A DNA stretch of 64,000 nt from NCBI GenBank assembly GCA_004524445.1, contig SDNP01000017.1:1-64000 (forward strand), given 5' to 3'. The position numbers and the translations under genes are program-made. Origin of the DNA: Candidatus Thorarchaeota archaeon (lineage in GTDB: Archaea; Asgardarchaeota; Thorarchaeia; Thorarchaeales; Thorarchaeaceae). The notes below the pieces were generated by a model. That model made no database searches and was not told the origin of the DNA. It saw only the letters and a list, made by a program, of their open reading frames with translations. Positions 39,877 to 50,684 of the stretch are shown here, in pieces (within the stretch, counting starts at the first letter, position 1; each line of letters starts with the position of its first letter).

Positions 39877-41262
39877 TCATTTTGTTTCAATCAGTTTGTT
39901 TTGGATGTCACGCATCCAAAAGAACAAACTCATCATTTCATCTTCCTTGATCTTAATGTCAGACTTCGATTTTATTTCTTCAATTCTATCAATCTTTTCG
40001 AAGAAGGCATCCTTGTCCATGTTAGGCATTTTATGACGCAATATCTCCCATAAATCATGGGGGTCAAATTGGGACCAATGATATTGTTTCTGCAATTCAC
40101 GTCGTAAACGGCGATACAGCATCCTTACCACTCGCCCATAATTGCCCTCCGTTCGGTAGTAAGACATTCGCTCGCTGAAGTATGTCTGCCCCCTTCTCAT
40201 GAATACCTCTGACACGCTTTTAACTTCAGGCTTTTTCATGTCCGGTAGATACTTCCTGATGCCAATTGCAGTCATCAATGGATATACGGGAGCTAGAAAC
40301 AGGTTGGTAGAGGCCCAAAATATTCTCCCAAGAAATGCCCCAAAAAAGAACTCTGCGGAGGAAATGGGAGTTGCGAGAAGCTGTTCCGAAAATATGATTG
40401 TATTGTTGAGGACCCTTTCTGTTGCCCAATCTATAATGTTCATGGAGAGCCTTCTGTTGCCCTCAAATCTGCCATACATATCATTTATGAAAATGCTTGG
40501 ATCTGATATTGCCACGAGCTTTCCCGCTCCTTCAAAAAACGGACCAATGTCAATTGCTCCCACAACAGGCAAAACTCCGGAGAGTTCACCTTCATTTGGC
40601 GAGGGATTTGGGTCGGTGATATTTGTTTCACACCAAGCCCGAGAAGTTGTACGGGCGATTCCAGCGAACCCAAGTGCAGACGTTGGACTGAGTACTGTGG
40701 CATTATTGAGATAGAGAGAATCCACTCCTTCAGTGAGGGGGTGCGATACAAAATCGCGAATAACAGGGACTTTGGGTGTCGTGTCATAAGAGTCCAAATC
40801 TAGAAGGACACCATCCGCGAACGAAACAAATCCATCAACACCTAATGCTTCCAAATACTGAGCTCCGATTATGTCAAGAAGATACTCGTTCAGCAGTGAA
40901 AATGAGGTGTTGGCAGTGCCAAAGTCATCGGCAATGACAACAGTGCCACCAGCCAGTATATGCTGAAAGATTGTAAGTGTCGCATCAATTGTGAAGTCCC
41001 TCACAGGACCAATTATGAAGAGAACTGCATTTCCGTCATAACGCGTGACAGTGCTCATAGTGGATTGAACCACACTAACATCATAGCCTTGTTCTTCGAT
41101 TTGAATCCGATAGTCACTCAATCCATTCCAATCCGAGTTGAATACTGAGAAATCCTGAGGGTATGCTCCTGTGCCACCGGAAAATGTTGTGACTGCTAAG
41201 AAGCCAATCGGAACCCAGGCTAGAATGAAGAGCGTAATTTGCAGTGCTTCTTTCCAACCCAT
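39877..41262 (-). CDS. DUF4350-domain membrane protein
   Basis: FNSDWNGLS, GGTVVIADDFGTAN, ISDPSIFINDM. Confidence 0.8.
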   Translation of the reverse strand: MGWKEALQITLFILAWVPIGFLAVTTFSGGTGAYPQDFSVFNSDWNGLSDYRIQIEEQGYDVSVVQSTMSTVTRYDGNAVLFIIGPVRDFTIDATLTIFQHILAGGTVVIADDFGTANTSFSLLNEYLLDIIGAQYLEALGVDGFVSFADGVLLDLDSYDTTPKVPVIRDFVSHPLTEGVDSLYLNNATVLSPTSALGFAGIARTTSRAWCETNITDPNPSPNEGELSGVLPVVGAIDIGPFFEGAGKLVAISDPSIFINDMYGRFEGNRRLSMNIIDWATERVLNNTIIFSEQLLATPISSAEFFFGAFLGRIFWASTNLFLAPVYPLMTAIGIRKYLPDMKKPEVKSVSEVFMRRGQTYFSERMSYYRTEGNYGRVVRMLYRRLRRELQKQYHWSQFDPHDLWEILRHKMPNMDKDAFFEKIDRIEEIKSKSDIKIKEDEMMSLFFWMRDIQNKLIETK

Positions 41263-41289
41263 TTCGCTTGACTCCTTTGTTTCTCTCTA

Positions 41290-41751
41290 TTATGACGCGG
41301 AAGTTGCTGCAATCGACGGTGTTGCACCTTCTATGCGAGGATAGATATCTGTGAATATCTTGATTGCAGATTCATAACTGTCCCGGGATAATTTGTGATC
41401 TGAAAATCTGGCCTTATGGTAAATGTCGATAAAGGTTTCAACCTTCTCAGCGTTAAGTGGTAGAATCTTCAGTGTGCGCTGAATGAATTCTCGAGCTGTT
41501 TCTGAGCTCGCACGATTTGAGCGGGTCTTATTCCCTACCATCTCTTCAAAGGTTCGATATGCCAGAATGATAGCCTCGTCGTACTTGCCCGAATCGGCCA
41601 TCTTCTTTATTCTTCGCAGTTTCTGGGGCATATCTACAGTTGTAATAGTATCACCATTTCTGAAGTATCCCTTAACATAGTAGAGATATAGCAGCACGAC
41701 TATGACGGCGCCGGCAACGGCGGCTACTGGCATTATTGTTCCAAGCTGCAT
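41290..41751 (-). CDS. DUF4129-domain protein
   Basis: SETAREF..IYHKARFSDH; N-terminal TM. Confidence 0.85.
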   Translation of the reverse strand: MQLGTIMPVAAVAGAVIVVLLYLYYVKGYFRNGDTITTVDMPQKLRRIKKMADSGKYDEAIILAYRTFEEMVGNKTRSNRASSETAREFIQRTLKILPLNAEKVETFIDIYHKARFSDHKLSRDSYESAIKIFTDIYPRIEGATPSIAATSAS

Positions 41752-41757
41752 TTCTTT

Positions 41758-44700
41758 TCACCTTGTTTCTTTCTTAGATTCTATAGATTCTTTCTTCTCC
41801 ATCGTTATTCCTGAACCAAAGGGGCCACCCGAAGAACGATAGCGGGTCAGTAGAAGAGACCCGACGACGATTTCTGCAACAATTGCAATAGTCCAAAACA
41901 TCATCATAATAGTATCTATGGCAGGCCCAGAAGATACTTGGATTAGGACTGTTCCCGATGCTCTTTCGAACTCAATTCCATCAATTGTATGAAGAGCAAT
42001 GATATAGTTTAAACGAGAGCCATCTGGATAACCACCTCTAATAGCATATGCAAAAGCACCATTTTCGTCCGTGGAAGTGGTTTGGTATTCCGACGTGCTG
42101 TTCAGATATATTCGCACTCTTCGCCCGACAATGGGATTCTCTTGGTCATCCAGCAGCCTCCCAGATATTGAGAATGTTGAGTCGGGAAATACGGATGACG
42201 GAGATAGGTCAAGAATTTCAACAGCCACAACGATATGCACCGTTGATTCACTTGTGTCGTCTGAAGCGTCAATGAGCCCTACACCGCTGAAGACCGCTCT
42301 AGCAACAAAATGACCACTTCCGGCAGTCCAGCCAGTAGAAATATCGATGGTTGTGGTGAAGAGACCGGTTCCGGATAGAGTGACTGTCTGCATTAGCGTG
42401 TTGTTTAGGTAGATGTCAACATCTTCTCCACCTACTGAATTTCCATCCTCATCCACTAGATTGACACTAACTGTGAAATTCTCACTGACAAGAACAATGC
42501 CATCGCTTTCAATAACAATGGAAACTATTGAACGCAGGTGTACGTCCACTATCCAGAAGTCTGATGCCTCGGATAGTTCGCGATAGCTAGACACTGCAAT
42601 AGCACTGAGATTGTATGAACCAGCCTCCTGGTCAGATTCTATGACAATGGTGAAGATGAAGTTACCGTTTGAATCGGTAGTGGTGGTTAGTCCTGTGAGT
42701 GTGCCGTTGACTAACAGCTCCACCTCTAAGTCACCAATTCCACCCCCTTCGTTGGTTACACTGCCATTCATTTCAAGTGAGTCACCCCTGTTAACGACAG
42801 CGACCTCTTGAGTATCGAGGATGATTGTGATTGAATCACGCACTTCTACAAATTCTTCAGTTGTTTCGGCTTCGGAATACGCTTCTGATGGTTGAACGAA
42901 TCTGGCATAGAGGGCAATCAGACCAACATCTTCAAAGTATGGCAAGTTCAGATAGTGAATATAGGATCCGTCTATGCCATCTTCAACTGTGATTGTGGCT
43001 ATTAGTTCACCATTCCAGAAAATCTCTACATCTTCATTGACGATAGCTGTACCATTTCCAAAGGTAAGAGTGCCATTGATTGTGATAGTATCGCCCAAGT
43101 ATGCCAAAGACACGTTAGCTGATACAGTGAGCGAAACTGGAATCTGTTCAATAAATGCACTTCGAATGGATGACTCTCCTGATGCAACATAGGAGTCAGT
43201 CGGAGTACAATTTGCCCAGATATCCTTGAGGCCAAGCGTTTCAGTATTTCCAATTCTAAACAGGTATTGAAACGAGCCATCAGCTTCAGTGACGACTGAA
43301 ATAATGAGTTCTGCGAATTCATCTGAGCCAACTGATATCCAGTAGATATCTACAGTCTGTCCTCCATACGATGTTCCGTCGTCTAACTCAAGGGTCCCAG
43401 ATATGTTTAGCCATTCACTCCGATAGACCGTAAGTGGATAGGATATCGCACTGTTTAGTGTTAGTGTCCAGACTAGTTCATACGGGTCAATATCGATGGA
43501 TATAGGGGCAGATGTCGTATTAGATATCCAGTTATTGGATGACGTGAATCTAGTTGTCAAATCGTATGTACCAGGGGGATACGACTGTGGAACTGTCCAA
43601 TAACCTGTGAATGAACCATCGGCGGCTGATGTTGTAGTGTCAACTACTTCTCCATTAACAAGAATCTCTACTATGCCCCCACCATATGGCACATCGGGAT
43701 CGGGTTCATCATAATACAAGATTCCCGATATCACGATGGTTTCCGTTGGATGATAGGAGGTTGTCCCGCCCGTACTGATGGAGGAGAATGTCGTTGACCA
43801 TCTCAATAATGTGAGTGACTGATGAGCAGACTCCTTGGCCTCGATAAGACTCGTCCCAGAATAGGTTGCATACACCTCCACTGACAGGATAGTGTCCTCA
43901 TCCATCTTGTCATATATGAAAGAGACCTCTCCCGTGGCATTTGTTGTGAGTGTGACCAGATTGAAATCTGTTCCATTGTACCACCATAGAGTTATCTCTG
44001 CGTTTGAGATATCAGACCCATTTAGAAAGAACAGGTGTGCTGTTATTGTCACTGTTTCATTAAGATGCACCGGATTTGGATTAACACTAACATCAAGGAC
44101 AACCGGATAAAGCTGCAACGTAATAGTGGTGCCTGGTATTGAGGATGCATCATCCCAGAGGGCATTTGTGCTGGAATAGTCCGCCCAGATTGTGACATCA
44201 CCCGGAGAGTCATCCGGTGGAGAGAGGTTGATTGTCAAGTTGTAATGGCCGGTTGAATTGGTGGTATGGAAACCAAGATCAATCTCATCAGTACCATTAT
44301 CCCAAAATACACGAACCTGCTCGTTCGGAATTCCTGTTCCGTTGTGTGTGAAAGAAAGCTGCCCAAAGATGAAGACGGCCTGATCAAGGTAATAGGAAGA
44401 GCTATTGGTTGCAGTTGTGAGGTCTAGTGCATAGAGAATTACTTGAACAGTCCTCATAGGAGAGGTTGCATTATCCCAAAGGGGATTGGTACTCCTATAC
44501 TCTGCCCAGATGTAGATAGCTCCCAATGCGTCGGCAAATGAATAATTGTAGAGGAATGAATATCCTCCAGATGAGTTTGTTATCCTGAGGTATTCAGAGA
44601 CTGTTTCATTACCATAGTCATAGAAGATGCTTATCGTTTCTCCTGATATTGGTGCGCCATTCTCGACAAAAGAAAGGGTCCCGGAGAATAGTAGGACCTC

Positions 44701-47700
44701 GTCTTGGTGTACTTGGGTTGCATTTACAGTACCGGTCAAGTCCAGTTGATAGAGCTGCACTGTGAGAGATGGACTGAGCCAAGCCGATGAGCTGTTGTAT
44801 ATCGGATCGGTAGAGGTGTGAATTGCCTGAATATCTATTATGCCTTCTGAGTCTTGACTCAGTGAGAAGTTGTAAACGAATGAGTAATCTCCGCTTGAGT
44901 TCGTCACCACAAAGAAGGAATATGCTGAGCCATTGTCCCATTGTATCTCGACTGTATATCCAGCTAGGGGGGTTCCATTATTCAAATGCAGATTCCCATA
45001 GATGAGGATAGACTCATTTAGGTGGACAATAGTTGAGTTTGAATTAACTGATATGATTGAGGCGTAGTTCGAAACAGACAATGAGATATGTTGGGACTCG
45101 TTACTTGCGAATGCGGCTGTGGGGGATATGAATTCCGTCCAGACTCGTACGGCTGCAAGTTCATGGTCGATAGGAACTTGATAATCAAACAGGTAGCCAC
45201 CGCTTGAATTGGTATATGTCCCCGTAAGGTTATGAGTACCGGTTGAGTTCTGCCACCAGATTGTTAGATGAGCTCCTTGAAGCAAGGCAGGGATTTCCGG
45301 CAAAACAACCAACCCTTGGATACGAACAACTTCTGATCTACTAACGGGATTAGGAGTTGCGGAGATAGTGATAGTAACATCATACTTCTTCACAGTGATT
45401 GAAAGATTCACTGAGCGGCTGCTCTGATAGTAAGGTTCTGTTGATGAAAATTCGCTCCAATAGGTCACTTGACCTTCATAACCGCTTGGAACGGTGTATA
45501 CAAATTCATAATATCCAGTTGATGTTGTTGTGTTACTCCCGATTTCGACGGGCCCGCCATCAGCCTCCCACCATATGTCTATCGTTCTGTCGGCAAGTGC
45601 GGTACCATTCGAGGCATCTGTAAGATAGCCATAGATTGTTATGTTCTCAAAAATATGCACTGGGTCGGGGGAGCGAGGTGAGGAGTCAATGCTCAAGTCA
45701 GTAAGTCCCGACCTAATAGTAATTGGAATCGGGATGCTCGTATTACCATCCAGAAGGGAGAATGTGGATGTCCAGTTGACCTGTGCGTAGGCTGTACCTG
45801 GGGGATAGTCCCAAGGGACATCATAGCTAAATAGGTAGCCTCCTGAGCTATTAGTTGTGGTTGTGGAAACCAGTGTTCCATTAAGAATGATACCAACTGT
45901 TTCTCCAACTAGAGGTGTACCATTAAGTAGTTCTAGAGTTCCCTCATATGTGATATTTGAACCAGCATAGGTATCAGTTGGAGATACTGAAAGTCCGAAG
46001 CTTGGATGTCCACGAACTTCCACCGTGGAGTTATCTTCGGATCGACCCGGCAATATAATCGGAAATCCTGTTTCGCTGTCATATTCGCCAGCATACTGAG
46101 CCCATAGTAAGTGGTCGCCCGTTACCATGCGAACAAGGTCCGCAGGATTAACAAAGATATCAATCTCATAGTGCCCATCCGATTCAATTGTGGCATTGCC
46201 ATAGAATAATTCATCCCACATTATCTGCATCTGATCGTTATCCAGTGTTGTACCATCCACAGGTTGACCATTGACAGTTAGGGTGCCATACACATGAAGG
46301 ACATCTTCCCAATGAGCGGTGTAGTTATCAAAGCCAAGCTTGATATTCACGTCGGTTGTTTCGCTCGGAATGAAATTCGAGCTCTTTCTGAGGGGTTGTG
46401 TCGACAATGGATTGGCCTCACCCACAGCATATACTGTAGTGAAATTGCTTATCGAATAGACGTCAGAATTCCAAGTTGCTGATATATTATGGGAACCAAT
46501 TGTTGCATTGTCGGGGAACGTGTAGGTGATATTTGCCAAGGGCAAATAAGTTCCCTGTTCAATCTCCGCTGTGCCCATCAATACATTGTCTGTCTCATCA
46601 CGATAAACAATTGTTTCATTTCTGGTCACTGGGATGTCATTTACGAGGAGGAGCGAACTCAAATTGAATGGTTCACCAATGAGAGACCATTGTGGTGGAA
46701 AGACGTAGAGGGAAACATTTCCTTCTCCGGAATTAGCTGGGAGCTCACCACCGCCCATATTATCTGGAAGACTAAGCGGTATGACTTGAATCCACTCTCC
46801 ACCTCCGCCCTGAAGAGGAATAAAGACTTCCGCGTAAAACATCATATGACGTACTCGAATAATTCGATAGCCGTCCTGGGCATCCCCAAGCGCATAACCT
46901 GTTGTCATTCGTGCAGGTATTCCTAAGTCACGCATGAAGACACAATAGGCGGTCGCGAAGTCCATTGGCAGGCCTCCACCTCGTTCTATAAACCAATCTG
47001 TCACTTCACGGTCACTTGGAGGTCTCTCATTGATGCGGTCCTCATCAATTATGAGATCATAGGTGTCACGAAAGTATACCTCAACTGCGCGTGCTTTCTG
47101 ATAGGCATTATCTCCGACATCAACGAATTGGTCCACTTCGTTTTGGACGCGAGGTGTGAGTTCACCCACCAAGGAGAGGTCAGTATACAGGCTGGTGATA
47201 CTAGCTGGGGCTGCGCTGCCTTCTACTGCATTATCTGAGATGTTCTGTTGATTTTGTTCGGTGTATGTCACATTATAGCTGACTAGTATGGTTTCGTTTG
47301 TATCACCCAGAAGCATTGGACTAAATCGTACTGTTCCATAATCATCGGTAGAGAGTTCATAACTCTCAATCCTTCCCGCAGGTTCACTCTGAAACGAGTC
47401 TTGGATTATCTGAGCCTCAGGAAAAATCGTCGGCAACTGAATCTCACCCACGTTAGGCCCAACAGAAATATTCAGGTAAATGGTATAGATAGTATTCCCT
47501 TGATTGGTCGCCACTTCTTGTGAGATGCCAGAAAAGGAGTATTGGGAAGCTTGTGTTTTTGACCAACCAGAGCCGTCATACTCATCGTATGCGCTATTCC
47601 GCCATAATTGAGGAGGTTGGTCCGGTTCTGCTATAAAGACAACATTTTCCATTTGTTCAAGAAGATTCTCCGGTAGTTCTTGATCTAGTGGTAAATCAGT

Positions 47701-47928
47701 ATAATTCACGTTCTCAAACCAGTTAGTACGTCCACCGGCCCATTCAAGGTCGTATTCCCAGGGAGGGATTTCCTCATATGGTTGATGTGGCTGATATGCT
47801 CTAACGTTTCCGCTCTGTATCATTATGAGGGTATAAGTCCCCCAAATAATGGTGGCAATAATGAATAGGGAACTAGCTATGGTGATTATTCCCATTTTTC
47901 GTTTGGTCTCTATCTTGCTGGCACTCAA
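41758..47928 (-). CDS. Giant surface protein: inactive transglutaminase-like domain plus about 15 Ig-like repeats, TM at both ends
   Basis: WRNSAYDEYDGSGW, RDLGIPARMTTGY; ~100-aa beta repeats; abundant NxS/T sequons. Confidence 0.85.
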   Translation of the reverse strand: MSASKIETKRKMGIITIASSLFIIATIIWGTYTLIMIQSGNVRAYQPHQPYEEIPPWEYDLEWAGGRTNWFENVNYTDLPLDQELPENLLEQMENVVFIAEPDQPPQLWRNSAYDEYDGSGWSKTQASQYSFSGISQEVATNQGNTIYTIYLNISVGPNVGEIQLPTIFPEAQIIQDSFQSEPAGRIESYELSTDDYGTVRFSPMLLGDTNETILVSYNVTYTEQNQQNISDNAVEGSAAPASITSLYTDLSLVGELTPRVQNEVDQFVDVGDNAYQKARAVEVYFRDTYDLIIDEDRINERPPSDREVTDWFIERGGGLPMDFATAYCVFMRDLGIPARMTTGYALGDAQDGYRIIRVRHMMFYAEVFIPLQGGGGEWIQVIPLSLPDNMGGGELPANSGEGNVSLYVFPPQWSLIGEPFNLSSLLLVNDIPVTRNETIVYRDETDNVLMGTAEIEQGTYLPLANITYTFPDNATIGSHNISATWNSDVYSISNFTTVYAVGEANPLSTQPLRKSSNFIPSETTDVNIKLGFDNYTAHWEDVLHVYGTLTVNGQPVDGTTLDNDQMQIMWDELFYGNATIESDGHYEIDIFVNPADLVRMVTGDHLLWAQYAGEYDSETGFPIILPGRSEDNSTVEVRGHPSFGLSVSPTDTYAGSNITYEGTLELLNGTPLVGETVGIILNGTLVSTTTTNSSGGYLFSYDVPWDYPPGTAYAQVNWTSTFSLLDGNTSIPIPITIRSGLTDLSIDSSPRSPDPVHIFENITIYGYLTDASNGTALADRTIDIWWEADGGPVEIGSNTTTSTGYYEFVYTVPSGYEGQVTYWSEFSSTEPYYQSSRSVNLSITVKKYDVTITISATPNPVSRSEVVRIQGLVVLPEIPALLQGAHLTIWWQNSTGTHNLTGTYTNSSGGYLFDYQVPIDHELAAVRVWTEFISPTAAFASNESQHISLSVSNYASIISVNSNSTIVHLNESILIYGNLHLNNGTPLAGYTVEIQWDNGSAYSFFVVTNSSGDYSFVYNFSLSQDSEGIIDIQAIHTSTDPIYNSSSAWLSPSLTVQLYQLDLTGTVNATQVHQDEVLLFSGTLSFVENGAPISGETISIFYDYGNETVSEYLRITNSSGGYSFLYNYSFADALGAIYIWAEYRSTNPLWDNATSPMRTVQVILYALDLTTATNSSSYYLDQAVFIFGQLSFTHNGTGIPNEQVRVFWDNGTDEIDLGFHTTNSTGHYNLTINLSPPDDSPGDVTIWADYSSTNALWDDASSIPGTTITLQLYPVVLDVSVNPNPVHLNETVTITAHLFFLNGSDISNAEITLWWYNGTDFNLVTLTTNATGEVSFIYDKMDEDTILSVEVYATYSGTSLIEAKESAHQSLTLLRWSTTFSSISTGGTTSYHPTETIVISGILYYDEPDPDVPYGGGIVEILVNGEVVDTTTSAADGSFTGYWTVPQSYPPGTYDLTTRFTSSNNWISNTTSAPISIDIDPYELVWTLTLNSAISYPLTVYRSEWLNISGTLELDDGTSYGGQTVDIYWISVGSDEFAELIISVVTEADGSFQYLFRIGNTETLGLKDIWANCTPTDSYVASGESSIRSAFIEQIPVSLTVSANVSLAYLGDTITINGTLTFGNGTAIVNEDVEIFWNGELIATITVEDGIDGSYIHYLNLPYFEDVGLIALYARFVQPSEAYSEAETTEEFVEVRDSITIILDTQEVAVVNRGDSLEMNGSVTNEGGGIGDLEVELLVNGTLTGLTTTTDSNGNFIFTIVIESDQEAGSYNLSAIAVSSYRELSEASDFWIVDVHLRSIVSIVIESDGIVLVSENFTVSVNLVDEDGNSVGGEDVDIYLNNTLMQTVTLSGTGLFTTTIDISTGWTAGSGHFVARAVFSGVGLIDASDDTSESTVHIVVAVEILDLSPSSVFPDSTFSISGRLLDDQENPIVGRRVRIYLNSTSEYQTTSTDENGAFAYAIRGGYPDGSRLNYIIALHTIDGIEFERASGTVLIQVSSGPAIDTIMMMFWTIAIVAEIVVGSLLLTRYRSSGGPFGSGITMEKKESIESKKETR

Positions 47929-48103
47929 TGGCGTCCCTCTAGGCTTCCTTGGGCGTGCATCTGTGAAGTTAGAAACTTCACTGCATAGGCAAAACCTCAG
48001 GTGGTATTCAGACTTCCTAAAGGTAGTGTTTAAAGGATTTCTTGCATGGCTCCCTTCAATAAATCGATACGGGAAGGCACTAGAGTTGAATCAATCCGAG
48101 GAC

Positions 48104-48697
48104 ATGACCGAATTCCCGAGGGAACCTATTGAAGAATACGTGAAACAGACTCTGGGGGATGATGAAATCGGAGCGCATACCTACGATCATATTGAGCGTG
48201 TTTTGACTTTGGCATTGGATATGGCTGGTGAGATGAGAGTGAATATTCGAGTGCTAGGTGCTTCTGCCCTGCTCCATGATATAGGAAGACCCTTCGAAAA
48301 ACAGGTGGAAAAATCTCACTCAGTACTATCAGGTGAAATGAGTGTAGAGATTCTGAGAAATCTGGGATATTATGACTCAGAGATTGATTCTGTTATTCAA
48401 GCAATTAGAACCCACAGATTCAGCGAAGGGCTAGAACCCGTCAATGTCGAAGGTGAAATTCTAAGCGATGCTGACAAGCTGGATGCGATGGGAGCCATTG
48501 GAGTTTTTCGAGCCATTGCACAAGCCTCAGTCGACAACCGTGGCATCGAGGGGTTTCTTCAGCATGCACATGAGAAGCTCCTAAGATTACGTGACCTGAT
48601 GTATACAGAGATTGGACAACAGATGGCTCAAGAGCGTCACAAGGTACTAGAGGAATTTGTGAATCAGCTGGAGAAGGAAATGGGTCTTGTTAGCTAA
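48104..48697 (+). CDS. HD-domain phosphohydrolase
   Basis: HTYDHIERV, LLHDIGR, DADKLDAMGA; ATG at 48104. Confidence 0.9.
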   Translation: MTEFPREPIEEYVKQTLGDDEIGAHTYDHIERVLTLALDMAGEMRVNIRVLGASALLHDIGRPFEKQVEKSHSVLSGEMSVEILRNLGYYDSEIDSVIQAIRTHRFSEGLEPVNVEGEILSDADKLDAMGAIGVFRAIAQASVDNRGIEGFLQHAHEKLLRLRDLMYTEIGQQMAQERHKVLEEFVNQLEKEMGLVS

Positions 48698-49286
48698 GAG
48701 ATTTTTTGGCGAGGTATAATTCCAAATAAGACTCTCGAATCGAGTCTTTGCTGTTATACCCGATTCGTTCAACCAAATCCAGAAGCTCTTTCCGGGCGGC
48801 TTCAACTAAATCAGCCTCGGTAACCATTCTTTCGATTTCTACAAAGCACCCAACGTCTAATACATTGTCAAGGCCGATAGTAAGGTCGCCATATCTGTAG
48901 AAGATTCTCTGCTTCTCGATGCTGGCAACTTCTATGAAACCAAGTGAGGAGAGTATGGATTTAGCATTTTCAAGACTATCAACTCCAACTGAGGACTCGA
49001 CCCGCGTCTTCGTAGTTTTGTCAAGCTTAGGCCCTTTATACGTAATCTCAATGATAGGAAAATCCTCAAGATCGGTATTTTCGTGCCCTGTTTTAGCGAG
49101 TATTCTTCGCCTGAGACGCAGCGCCTCATCGGTCACTGAGTAATCCCTACACGGATGGTTATAATACAAGTCAACTTGTTTTTCTGAATTCTTCAGCTCG
49201 GCCCCAATAGACACTAATTGTCGTTCTACAGCCTCTAGATTGTCAACCTCAATTTTTACTTCCGCTTCAATGCTGGTCTTCTTCAT
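48690..49286 (-). CDS. cyaB: CYTH/class IV adenylate cyclase-like protein
   Basis: EAEVK, QVDLYY, EALRLR, TYKGPK, FVEIE, SYLELYL. Confidence 0.9.
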   Translation of the reverse strand: MKKTSIEAEVKIEVDNLEAVERQLVSIGAELKNSEKQVDLYYNHPCRDYSVTDEALRLRRRILAKTGHENTDLEDFPIIEITYKGPKLDKTTKTRVESSVGVDSLENAKSILSSLGFIEVASIEKQRIFYRYGDLTIGLDNVLDVGCFVEIERMVTEADLVEAARKELLDLVERIGYNSKDSIRESYLELYLAKKSLS

Positions 49287-49391
49287 AGTCAATAGCCTCA
49301 TCGAGAACCCATACGAGCGAATGAATATTCGCCGATTGTGCCAGGAACTAATGTGCAAGCCACAAGCCACATAACCTTGGCATACTCTGTG

Positions 49392-50663
49392 ATGGTGGTT
49401 GATGTAAAAGTGTCTTTTGTCAGTACGTACCGGTGTGCAAAGTGCGGCAAGACATATGAAAATGAAACGGTGCCGCCTAATGACGGATGTGGTGGACGTA
49501 TTGATATTGAGCTTGATATCGAGTCACTAAAGGATGTAATGGATAAGACCACACTTGTAAATAGAGAAGCAGGACTTTGGAAATACTTTGAATTCCTACC
49601 CTTGACTAAAAGAGAGAGTATTGTCACTCTGGGAGAAGGCAACACTGCGCTACTAGAGAGCAAAAGACTCGCAGAGAAGATGCATCTCAAACATCTTTTC
49701 CTTAAGGATGAAACCACCAATCCATCGGGTTCATTCAAGGATAGACCCATCTGCGTAGGAATCAGCAGAGCCCTTGAAGATGGTGTGAAAACTGTTGCCG
49801 CAGCCTCTTCTGGAAATGCGGCTGCATCAATGTCAACATATGCGGCCAGAGCAGGTCTTGAGGCTATGGTATTTGTACCTGAAAATGCCCCCGCAGGAAA
49901 GCTAATTCATCTTAGGACTCTAGGAGCCAATGTGTTCAGAGTTAAGAAGGAGAAAGAGGGTGTCGACCCCACAACAACTCTTCTGAAGGATGCATGTGAC
50001 CAACTGAATTGGGTACCCTGTCCGTCGTTTGGCCCATTCAACTGCTTCCAGTATGAGGGAACAAAATCCCTTGCGTATGAAATATCCGAGCAAATGAATT
50101 GGAAGCCTCCCGACTGGATCCTCTTCCCCACTGGAAGCGGAGGACTAATGTCAGGAACCATGAAAGGATTCTCTGAATTTGAGCAGATGGGACTAATCGA
50201 TGAAATTCCTCGACCAGTTGTTGTTCAGCCGGAAGGGTGTGCACCCATTGTTCGAGCATTCAAGGAAGAACAACCGCCGTTGGATATCAAGCCATGGGAC
50301 TCAAATGAAACCATAGCAGGAGGACTTGCGGATCCATTTCCGTGGGATGGTGATGCCGCCTTGAAGCACTTGAAGGCGGAGGATGGCCAGGCTGTTTCGG
50401 TTCCAGATCCCCTAATTGAGAAATATCTCTTAGAACTGGGTAAGTTAGAAGGCATTTTTGCTGAACCAAGTGGAGTCGCCGCATTGGCGGGACTTGAACT
50501 ACTAGTCGATGATGGAACTATTGATTCGAGCGATAGAGTTGTCGTCCCTATTACTGGATCTGGGTTCAAAGACCTAGCAACCCCGGATAGGCTCACGCCC
50601 GATGTGAGAGTCATAACAGCTAGCGTCAAGGATTTAAAGACCGCCTTAGCAAAAAGGAAATGA
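49392..50663 (+). CDS. thrC: Threonine synthase
   Basis: TLGEGNT, NPSGSFKDR, ASSGNAAAS, ITGSGFK. Confidence 0.85.
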   Translation: MVVDVKVSFVSTYRCAKCGKTYENETVPPNDGCGGRIDIELDIESLKDVMDKTTLVNREAGLWKYFEFLPLTKRESIVTLGEGNTALLESKRLAEKMHLKHLFLKDETTNPSGSFKDRPICVGISRALEDGVKTVAAASSGNAAASMSTYAARAGLEAMVFVPENAPAGKLIHLRTLGANVFRVKKEKEGVDPTTTLLKDACDQLNWVPCPSFGPFNCFQYEGTKSLAYEISEQMNWKPPDWILFPTGSGGLMSGTMKGFSEFEQMGLIDEIPRPVVVQPEGCAPIVRAFKEEQPPLDIKPWDSNETIAGGLADPFPWDGDAALKHLKAEDGQAVSVPDPLIEKYLLELGKLEGIFAEPSGVAALAGLELLVDDGTIDSSDRVVVPITGSGFKDLATPDRLTPDVRVITASVKDLKTALAKRK

Positions 50664-50684
50664 TACCAAGGAGATAGGGAGACC

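Noticed and set aside
47849-48103. N-terminal extension of the HD ORF
   Set aside because: Overlaps the divergent giant gene; ATG 48104 fits the HD domain
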